Shown here in pieces: positions 24,466-33,978 of a stretch of DNA of 33,978 bases (positions are counted from its first letter, which is position 1; every line of letters starts with the position of its first letter). The notes beneath the pieces were generated by a model, which did not search any database, was not told the DNA's origin, and was given only the letters and a program-made list of their open reading frames with translations. The DNA is from Nemertoderma westbladi (taxonomy: Eukaryota > Animalia > Xenacoelomorpha). The DNA is taken from assembly GCA_032718475.1 (NCBI GenBank), contig JAUCBJ010002282.1, forward strand, positions 1-33,978, in the 5' to 3' direction. A program made the translations under genes and the position numbers.

Positions 24466-27400
24466 TACTTACCAACTGGAGGTGGACCCAACTCAGCTCT
24501 CGCCCTACTCACCAACTGGAGGTGGACCTAACTCCGCTCTCGCCTCTCGCCCTACTCACCAACTGGAGGTGGACCTAACTCCGCTCTCGCCTCTCGCCCT
24601 ACTCACCAACTGGAGGTGGACCTAACTCCGCTCTCGCCTCTCGCCCTACTCACCAACTGGAGGTGGACCTAACTCCGCTCTCGCCCTACTCACCAACTGG
24701 AGGTGGACCTAACTCCGCTCTCGCCTCTCGCACTACTTACCAACTGGAGGTGGACCTAACTCCGCTCTCAACTCTCGCACTACTCACCAACTGGAGGTGG
24801 ACCTAACTCCGCTCTCGCCTCTCGCCCTACTCACCAACTGGAGGTGGACCTAACTCCGCTCTCGCCTCTCGCCCTACTCACCAACTGGAGGTGGACCTAA
24901 CTCCGCTCTCGCCTCTCGCCCTACTCACCAACTGGAGGTGGACCTAACTCAGCTCTCGCCTCTCGCACTACTTACCAACTGGAGGTGGACCTAACTCCGC
25001 TCTCAACTCTCGCACTACTCACCAACTGGAGGTGGACCTAACTCCGCTCTCGCCTCTCGCCCTACTCACCAACTGGAGGTGGATCTAACTCCGCTCTCGC
25101 CCTACTCACCAACTGGAGGTGGACCTAACTCCGCTCTCGCCTCTCGCCCTACTCACCAACTGGAGGTGGACCTAACTCCGCTCTCGCCTCTCGCCCTACT
25201 CACCAACTGGAGGTGGACCTAACTCCGCTCTCGCCTCTCGCACTACTTACCAACTGGAGGTGGACCTAACTCCGCTCTCGCCTCTCGCACTACTTACCAA
25301 CTGGAGGTGGACCCAACTCCGCTCTCGCCTCTCGCCCTACTCACCAACTGGAGGTGGACCTAACTCCGCTCTCGCCTCTCGCCCTACTCACCAACTGGAG
25401 GTGGACCTAACTCCGCTCTCGCCTCTCGCACTACTCACCAACTGGGGGTGGACCTAACTCCGCTCTCGCCTCTCGCACTACTCACCAACTGGAGGTGGAC
25501 CTAACTCCGCTCTCGCCTCTCGCCCTACTCACCAACTGGAGGTGGACCTAACTCCGCTCTCGCCTCTCGCACTACTCACCAACTGGGGGTGGACCTAACT
25601 CCGCTCTCGCCTCTCGCACTACTCACCAACTGGAGGTGGACCTAACTCCGCTCTCGCCTCTCGCACTACTCACCAACTGGAGGTGGACCTAACTCCGCTC
25701 TCGCCTCTCGCCCTACTCACCAACTGGAGGTGGACCTAACTCCGCTCTCGCCTCTCGCACTACTCACCAACTGGGGGTGGACCTAACTCCGCTCTCGCCT
25801 CTCGCACTACTCACCAACTGGAGGTGGACCTAACTCCGCTCTCGCCTCTCGCCCTACTCACCAACTGGAGGTGGACCTAACTCCGCTCTCGCCTCTCGCA
25901 CTACTCACCAACTGGGGGTGGACCTAACTCCGCTCTCGCCTCTCGCACTACTCACCAACTGGGGGTGGACCTAACTCCGCTCTCGCCTCTCGCACTACTC
26001 ACCAACTGGAGGTGGACCTAACTCCGCTCTCGCCTCTCGCCCTACTCACCAACTGGAGGTGGACCTAACTCCGCTCTCGCCTCTCGCCCTACTCACCAAC
26101 TGGAGGTGGACCTAACTCCGCTCTCGCCTCTCGCCCTACTCACCAACTGGAGGTGGACCTAACTCCGCTCTCGCCTCTCGCCCTACTCACCAACTGGAGG
26201 TGGACCTAACTCCGCTCTCGCCTCTCGCCCTACTCACCAACTGGGGGTGGACCTAACTCCGCTCTCGCCTCTCGCCCTACTCACCAACTGGGGGTGGACC
26301 TAACTCCGCTCTCGCCTCTCGCACTACTCACCAACTGGAGGTGGACCTAACTCCGCTCTCGCCTCTCGCCCTACTCACCAACTGGAGGTGGACCTAACTC
26401 CGCTCTCGCCTCTCGCCCTACTCACCAACTGGAGGTGGACCTAACTCCGCTCTCGCCTCTCGCCCTACTCACCAACTGGAGGTGGACCTAACTCCGCTCT
26501 CGCCTCTCGCCCTACTCACCAACTGGAGGTGGACCTAACTCCGCTCTCGCCTCTCGCCCTACTCACCAACTGGAGGTGGACCTAACTCCGCTCTCGCCTC
26601 TCGCACTACTCACCAACTGGAGGTGGACCTAACTCCGCTCTCGCCTCTCGCCCTACTCACCAACTGGAGGTGGACCTAACTCCGCTCTCGCCTCTCGCAC
26701 TACTCACCAACTGGAGGTGGACCTAACTCCGCTCTCGCCTCTCGCACTACTCACCAACTGGAGGTGGACCTAACTCCGCTCTCGCCTCTCGCCCTACTCA
26801 CCAACTGGAGGTGGACCTAACTCCGCTCTCGCCTCTCGCCCTACTCACCAACTGGAGGTGGACCTAACTCCGCTCTCGCCTCTCGCCCTACTCACCAACT
26901 GGAGGTGGACCTAACTCCGCTCTCGCCTCTCGCACTACTCACCAACTGGGGGTGGACCTAACTCCGCTCTCGCCTCTCGCACTACTCACCAACTGGGGGT
27001 GGACCTAACTCCGCTCTCGCCTCTCGCACTACTCACCAACTGGAGGTGGACCTAACTCCGCTCTCGCCTCTCGCCCTACTCACCAACTGGAGGTGGACCT
27101 AACTCCGCTCTCGCCTCTCGCCCTACTCACCAACTGGGGGTGGACCTAACTCCGCTCTCGCCTCTCGCCCTACTCACCAACTGGGGGTGGACCTAACTCC
27201 GCTCTCGCCTCTCGCACTACTCACCAACTGGAGGTGGACCTAACTCCGCTCTCGCCTCTCGCCCTACTCACCAACTGGAGGTGGACCTAACTCCGCTCTC
27301 GCCTCTCGCCCTACTCACCAACTGGAGGTGGACCTAACTCCGCTCTCGCCTCTCGCACTACTCACCAACTGGAGGTGGACCTAACTCCGCTCTCGCCTCT

Positions 27401-30400
27401 CGCCCTACTCACCAACTGGAGGTGGACCTAACTCCGCTCTCGCCTCTCGCACTACTCACCAACTGGAGGTGGACCTAACTCCGCTCTCGCCTCTCGCACT
27501 ACTCACCAACTGGAGGTGGACCTAACTCCGCTCTCGCCTCTCGCCCTACTCACCAACTGGAGGTGGACCTAACTCCGCTCTCGCCTCTCGCCCTACTCAC
27601 CAACTGGAGGTGGACCTAACTCCGCTCTCGCCTCTCGCCCTACTCACCAACTGGAGGTGGACCTAACTCCGCTCTCGCCTCTCGCACTACTCACCAACTG
27701 GGGGTGGACCTAACTCCGCTCTCGCCTCTCGCACTACTCACCAACTGGGGGTGGACCTAACTCCGCTCTCGCCTCTCGCACTACTCACCAACTGGAGGTG
27801 GACCTAACTCCGCTCTCGCCTCTCGCCCTACTCACCAACTGGAGGTGGACCTAACTCCGCTCTCGCCTCTCGCCCTACTCACCAACTGGGGGTGGACCTA
27901 ACTCCGCTCTCGCCTCTCGCCCTACTCACCAACTGGGGGTGGACCTAACTCCGCTCTCGCCTCTCGCACTACTCACCAACTGGAGGTGGACCTAACTCCG
28001 CTCTCGCCTCTCGCCCTACTCACCAACTGGAGGTGGACCTAACTCCGCTCTCGCCTCTCGCCCTACTCACCAACTGGAGGTGGACCTAACTCCGCTCTCG
28101 CCTCTCGCCCTACTCACCAACTGGAGGTGGACCTAACTCCGCTCTCGCCTCTCGCCCTACTCACCAACTGGAGGTGGACCTAACTCCGCTCTCGCCTCTC
28201 GCCCTACTCACCAACTGGAGGTGGACCTAACTCCGCTCTCGCCTCTCGCCCTACTCACCAACTGGGGGTGGACCTAACTCCGCTCTCGCCTCTCGCACTA
28301 CTCACCAACTGGAGGTGGACCTAACTCCGCTCTCGCCTCTCGCCCTACTCACCAACTGGAGGTGGACCTAACTCCGCTCTCGCCTCTCGCCCTACTCACC
28401 AACTGGAGGTGGACCTAACTCCGCTCTCGCCTCTCGCCCTACTCACCAACTGGAGGTGGACCTAACTCCGCTCTCGCCTCTCGCACTACTCACCAACTGG
28501 AGGTGGACCTAACTCCGCTCTCGCCTCTCGCCCTACTCACCAACTGGAGGTGGACCTAACTCCGCTCTCGCCTCTCGCCCTACTCACCAACTGGAGGTGG
28601 ACCTAACTCCGCTCTCGCCTCTCGCACTACTCACCAACTGGAGGTGGACCTAACTCCGCTCTCGCCTCTCGCCCTACTCACCAACTGGAGGTGGACCTAA
28701 CTCCGCTCTCGCCTCTCGCCCTACTCACCAACTTGAGGTGGACCTAACTCCGCTCTCGCCTCTCGCACTACTCACCAACTGGGGGTGGACCTAACTCCGC
28801 TCTCGCCTCTCGCACTACTCACCAACTGGGGGTGGACCTAACTCCGCTCTCGCCTCTCGCACTACTCACCAACTGGAGGTGGACCTAACTCCGCTCTCGC
28901 TTCTCGCCCTACTCACCAACTGGAGGTGGACCTAACTCCGCTCTCGCCTCTCGCACTACTCACCAACTGGGGGTGGACCTAACTCCGCTCTCGCCTCTCG
29001 CACTACTCACCAACTGGGGGTGGACCTAACTCCGCTCTCGCCTCTCGCACTACTCACCAACTGGAGGTGGACCTAACTCCGCTCTCGCCTCTCGCCCTAC
29101 TCACCAACTGGAGGTGGACCTAACTCCGCTCTCGCCTCTCGCACTACTCACCAACTGGAGGTGGACCTAACTCCGCTCTCGCCTCTCGCACTACTCACCA
29201 ACTGGGGGTGGACCTAACTCAGCTCTCGCCTCTCGCACTACTCACCAACTGGGGGTGGACCTAACTCCGCTCTCGCCTCTCGCACTACTCACCAACTGGA
29301 GGTGGACCTAACTCCGCTCTCGCCTCTCGCACTACTCACCAACTGGGGGTGGACCTAACTCCGCTCTCGCCTCTCGCACTACTCACCAACTGGGGGTGGA
29401 CCGCTCTCACCTCTCGCACTACTCACCAACTGGAGGTGGACCTAACTCCGCTCTCGCCTCTCGCCCTACTCACCAACTGGAGGTGGACCTAACTCAGCTC
29501 TCAACTCTCGCACTACTCACCAACTGGAGGTGGACCTAACTCCGCTCTCGCCTCTCGCACTACTTACCAACTGGGGGTGGACCTAACTCCGCTCTCGCCT
29601 CTCGCACTACTCACCAACTGGAGGTGGACCCAACTCCGCTCTAGCCTCTCGCACTACTCACCAACTGGAAGTGGACCTAACTCCGCTCTCGCCTCTCGCA
29701 CTACTCACCAACTGGAGGTGGACCTAACTCCGCTCTCGCCTCTCGCACTACTCACCAACTGGGGGTGAACCTAACTCCGCTCTCGCCTCTCACCCTACTT
29801 ACCAACTGGAGGTGGACCTAACTCCGCTCTCGCCCTACTCACCAACTGGGGGTGGACCTAACTCAGCTCTCAACTCTCGCACTACTCACCAACTGGGGGT
29901 GGACCTAACTCTGCTCTCAACTCTCGCACTACTCACCAACTGGAGGTGGACCTAACTCCGCTCTCGCCTCTCGCACTACTTACCAACTGGGGGTGGACCT
30001 AACTCCGCTCTCGCCTCTCGCACTACTCACCAACTGGAGGTGGACCTAACTCCGCTCTCGCCTCTCGCACTACTCACCAACTGGAGGTGGACCCAACTCC
30101 GCTCTCGCCTCTCGCACTACTCACCAACTGGAAGTGGACCTAACTCCGCTCTCGCCTCTCGTCCTACTCACCAACTGGAAGTGGACCTAACTCCGCTCTC
30201 GCCTCTCGCACTACTCACCAACTGGGGGTGGACCTAACTCAGCTCTCAACTCTCGCACTACTCACCAACTGGGGGTGGACCTAACTCAGCTCTCAACTCT
30301 CGCACTACTCACCAACTGGAGGTGGACCTAACTCCGCTCTCGCCTCTCGCACTACTTACCAACTGGGGGTGGACCTAACTCCGCTCTCGCCTCTCGCACT

Positions 30401-31756
30401 ACTCACCAACTGGGGGTGGACCTAACTCCGCTCTCGCCTCTCGCACTACTCACCAACTGGAGGTGGACCCAACTCCGCTCTCGCCTCTCGCACTACTTAC
30501 CAACTGGAAGTGGACCTAACTCCGCTCTCGCCTCTCGCACTACTCACCAACTGGATGTGGACCTAACTCAGCTCTCGCCTCTCGCACTACTCACCAACTG
30601 GGGGTGGACCTAACTCAGCTCTCAACTCTCGCACTACTCACCAACTGGAGGTGGACCTAACTCCGCTCTCGCCCCTCGCACTACTCACCAACTGGAGGTG
30701 GAACCAACTCCGCTCTCGCCTCTCGCACTACTCACCAACTGGAAGTGGACCTAACTCCGCTCTCGCCTCTCGCACTACTCACCAACTGGAGGTGGACCTA
30801 ACTCCGCTCTCAACTCTCGCACTACTCACCAACTGGAGGTGGACCTAACTCCGCTCTCGCCTCTCGCACTACTCACCAACTGGGGGTGGACCTAACTCAG
30901 CTCTCAACTCTCGCACTATACTCACCAACTGGAGGTGGACCTAACTCCGCTCTCGCCTCTCGCACTACTCACCAACTGGGGGTGGACCTAACTCAGCTCT
31001 CGCCTCTCGCACTACTTACCAACTGGAGGTGGACCTAACTCCGCTCTCAACTCTCGCACTACTCACCAACTGGAGGTGGACCTAACTCCGCTCTCGCCTC
31101 TCGCCCTACTTACCAACTGGAGGTGGACCTAACTCCGCTCTCGCCTCTCGCACTACTCACCAACTGGAGGTGGACCTAACTCAGCTCTCGCCTCTCGTCC
31201 TACTCACCAACTGGAGGTGGACCTAACTCCGCTCTCGCCTCTCGCACTACTCACCAACAGGAAGTGGACCTAACTCCGCTCTCGCCTCTCGCACTACTCA
31301 CCAACTGGGGGTGAACCTAACTCCGCTCTCGCCTCTCGCCCTACTTACCAACTGGAGGTGGACCTAACTCCGCTCTCGCCCTACTCACCAACTGGGGGTG
31401 GACCTAACTCCGCTCTCGCCTCTCGCACTACTTACCAACTGGAGGTGGACATAACTCCGTTCTCGCCTCTCGCACTACTTACCAACTGGAGGTGGACCTA
31501 ACTCCGCTCTCGCCTCTCGCCCTACTTACCAGCTGGGGGTGGACCCAACTCAGCTCTCGCCTCTCGCACTACTCACCAACTGGGGGTGGACCTAACTCCG
31601 CTCTCGCCTCTCGCCGTACTCACCAACTGGAGGTGGACCTAACTCCGCTCTCGCCTCTCGCCCTACTCACCAACTGGAGGTGGACCTAACTCCGCTCTCG
31701 CCTCTCGCCCTACTCACCAACTGGAGGTGGACCCAACTCCGCTCTCGCCTCTCGCA
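24466..31756 (-). repeat. Minisatellite array B: 47-bp unit made of the PBRM1 exon 3' end plus 5' splice site, ~155 copies
   Basis: Minus-strand unit is CGAGAGGCGAGAGCGGAGTTAGGTCCACCTCCAGTTG|GTGAGTAG(G/T)G. The first unit overlaps coding sequence REARAELGPPPV. Occasional 40-bp units lack one 7-bp CTCTCGC sub-repeat. Confidence 0.98.
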
Positions 31757-31879
31757 GTTGTTTCTCCAACGTTGTCGCCGCTTTATAGACGTGCGATTCG
31801 TCTTCATTATAATGTTTCGCGTTGCTAAACAGCAACTCGAAATTCGACAATAACAAATCTTCGTTGGGATAATTATCGC
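31718..31879 (-). CDS. PBRM1: Polybromo-1 coding exon, C-terminal half of bromodomain 4 (DNYPNEDLLLSNFELLFSNAKHYNEDESHVYKAATTLEKQLREARAELGPPPV)
   Basis: Not in the ORF track; translated by hand. Acceptor cccctccccag|GC and donor GTTG|gtgagt. 162 nt, phase 1 to phase 1. Contains the F.NA..YN bromodomain motif. LEKQLREARAELGP resembles the recalled vertebrate BD4 end LEKLLKEKRKELGP. The last 37 nt are the first unit of array B. Confidence 0.92.
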
Positions 31880-32556
31880 CTGGGGAGGGGAAAATTGAGT
31901 AAAAATAAGTTCAGTTATTGTAATAATATATTTATTATATATCTATCTATAACCGACATACTGCATTGCAGCTGCATTAGGAATGCCGCTGTATTATATA
32001 TGCGTCTACCAAACCCCAACCATTGTTACCAGTAACATAAGTCGTCCACATGCTCAAGCATCCTTTGTTTGAGGTTATCCTCGTACGATCAGACATTTTC
32101 TGAGGACTGTCTAAGTTAAATGTCAAAATGTTGGTCTTCTTCGAGATAATAAAATGAAATGACCAACAACAGAAGCAGCCTGCTCCAATGAGCTGAGGAG
32201 CCTTTGGACTCCCTCTAGTAATTCAGAGATAATAAGAAAGAGAAACTTGAAGAAGTCAACAAACACAACAGCCAGCAGCCATATACACAGCTGCCTTAGC
32301 CACATCATCCTTGGCAGCCTTAGTGTTTTTGAGCCGGGACTCATTTTGTGCTTAGTGAGGACCTCTCGGCACTACCGAATCTTTTTTCCCATATAATACA
32401 TAACCTTAAATTGATACGGTACTTTTGTTGCTCAATTCTTATAAAAGATAAGCGATATGGAGATACAAAATAAATTGAACTGTAGTATTTTACTATATTG
32501 ATTCCAAAGTTACTGCGATTCTAATTATTGTACTCTTCAACTCCTGATGCTGCCTA

Positions 32557-32776
32557 AAGGCCATGATACACCACAGGAGCGGTGAGCGGCAGCGGCGGGC
32601 GGCCGCGGCGAGCGGCCGATGTGAGCGCCGACTTTTAGTATGATACACTATAGGAGCGGCGAGCGGCAGCAGCCATTTGTGGTGTATCATCACCCATAGA
32701 AAATAATGTGTTTCTATTTTTTAAAAGTGGCCGCTCGTCGCTGCCGTTCGCCGCTCCTGTGGTGTATCATGGCCTT
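32557..32776. mobile_element. 220-bp MITE with ~50-bp terminal inverted repeats
   Basis: AAGGCCATGATACACCACAGGAGCGG is a perfect 26-bp inverted repeat at both ends, extending to ~50 bp with 5 mismatches. Flanked by TA at 32555-32556 and 32777-32778. GC-rich within an AT-rich intron. Confidence 0.9.
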
Positions 32777-33243
32777 TACTCAATGTTAAATAATTTAGTG
32801 TTTCTCGAATATTTGTTACGTAACTAGAGAACCGCTAACACCATAAACCAATATTGGATATTGTGTTCCGTTTTGGAGTTCGCCTTGCTGACACTCAAGT
32901 TGGAATAACATTTGAATATGTGAACGGATTTTGCTCAAATTACGTGGCAAACCTTTTCTATTTCCTTGCTCTTTCAACAAATTTAACACAAATTCAATAA
33001 AATTCCACCAAAAATATTTTATTTCACTTTATTCGCCGGGAAAAAAGTAAATTCAATGTTTGTTTGTTTGAATGTTGTAAATTGAATGCAATCAATTACA
33101 CTAGTACTATAATAATTAATTAGCAGATGGATAACCTTTGCATTTAATTGACAAATTCAAAACAATCTCCAAAAAAAATAATTGTCAAAGTGGCTTTGGA
33201 GTACGAATTGCACATAAATTATATTCTAGAACTGTATACTAAC

Positions 33244-33367
33244 TTTTTATTTTAGTTTCTATAGACCGCAAGTCTATAGGCTCCCGTATAGTCTGGAAGT
33301 AATCTGGGTAGAGTTTAAAGGAAGGCAGGTCGTAAAATATTTCGGATAAACGTTCACCGCTTTTATC
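33244..33367 (-). CDS. PBRM1: Polybromo-1 coding exon, N-terminal part of bromodomain 4 (DKSGERLSEIFYDLPSFKLYPDYFQTIREPIDLRSIETKIK)
   Basis: Acceptor ttttttttcag|GAT and donor AAAA|gttagt. 124 nt, phase 0 to phase 1. Contains the bromodomain ZA-loop motif LP...YPDY...I..P.DL. Joins in frame with the exon starting at 31879 (A+GC=Ser). Confidence 0.9.
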
Positions 33368-33673
33368 CTGAAAAAAAAAACAAATTAACCTACAGATAAA
33401 GGTGGGAATGTAATTCAAATAAAATAACATTTTCAAATATTCAACATAATACAATTTAATAGAAAATCGCATAATAGAGTCAAAATATAATGTCATAATT
33501 TAGTAGGTTTTAAAGTTAAAATATAAATTAAGTTTACTTATTGTGTAATATGGACCCGAAATGGGGCGTCCAGTTTCAGACAACCCTCTGAACAGAGAAA
33601 CCAAAATATTTTTCCAAAGTACCAACATTACACCTATCTGGCCCGGGCTATTTTTACTGCGGAGATGGACCGC

Positions 33674-33702
33674 GGGGGGGGGGGGGGGGGGGGGGGGGGG
33701 GG
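33674..33702 (+). repeat. G29 homopolymer
   Basis: Directly visible. Confidence 0.9.
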
Positions 33703-33978
33703 TGGGGCATTTTAGAACTTTTTTATCTTGGTTGAAAGATACAATTTTTTAGATATACTGTACAGGTGTTCGTTAAGTTATTATACAGTACTTACCATGC
33801 CCCACAATCTAGCGTAGTAATTTAGTGACAATTTAAATTAAGTCCCCTTTAAAAGTTTATACATTTTTACACCCAAGGTTTATCAAACTCCTTGACCGAA
33901 ACTACGCCATGCCACTGCTCAATTACAATTTTTGAAATTTTTTGAATGAAATGGTTGCCGTGCGCTTATGTTTAATAA

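Noticed and set aside
24404-31689. Plus-strand ORFs MDLTPLSPLALLTNW...
   Set aside because: By-products of the 47-bp repeat, antisense to PBRM1, with non-ATG starts.
1-31756. CRISPR-like array interpretation
   Set aside because: Units are head-to-tail with no unique spacers (only one 77-bp insert), there are no cas genes, and the context is a spliced eukaryotic gene.
32100-32390. Moderately GC-balanced intronic segment with a 73-aa ORF
   Set aside because: No recognisable protein, snoRNA box structure or repeat ends. The flanking exons already join in frame.
33790-33860. Possible additional PBRM1 exon ending at ATG|gtaagt (33796)
   Set aside because: The donor-like motif is present, but the phase-0 translation (..LNYYARLWGM) does not resemble a bromodomain Z helix to me. 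Unsupported without transcript data.

Overview
Eukaryotic (animal, probably invertebrate) genomic DNA, not prokaryotic. Five minus-strand exons (33367-33244, 31879-31718, 24385-24204, 22785-22394, 21846-21655) join in consistent phase through GT-AG introns. Together they encode bromodomains 4-6 of Polybromo-1/BAF180 (PBRM1). About 80% of the window is two intronic minisatellites. Array B (47-bp unit, ~155 copies, 24466-31756) is a tandem amplification of the last 37 nt of a coding exon plus its 5' splice site. The intron therefore opens with ~155 near-perfect donor sites, and only the first avoids an in-frame stop. Array A (48/50-bp unit, ~390 copies in view, 1-21646, with nested higher-order duplications) starts a few nt after another donor. 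Array A is interrupted by a 2611-bp CACTG-ended, TA-flanked non-autonomous DNA transposon whose only recognisable cargo is a PWWP chromatin-reader ORF, and by a clean 77-bp orphan insertion. A 220-bp MITE and four poly-G/C tracts lie in other introns. Nearly all ORFs in the supplied track are artefacts of the repeats. All protein assignments come from recalled family motifs, not from database searches, and copy numbers are length divided by unit size.
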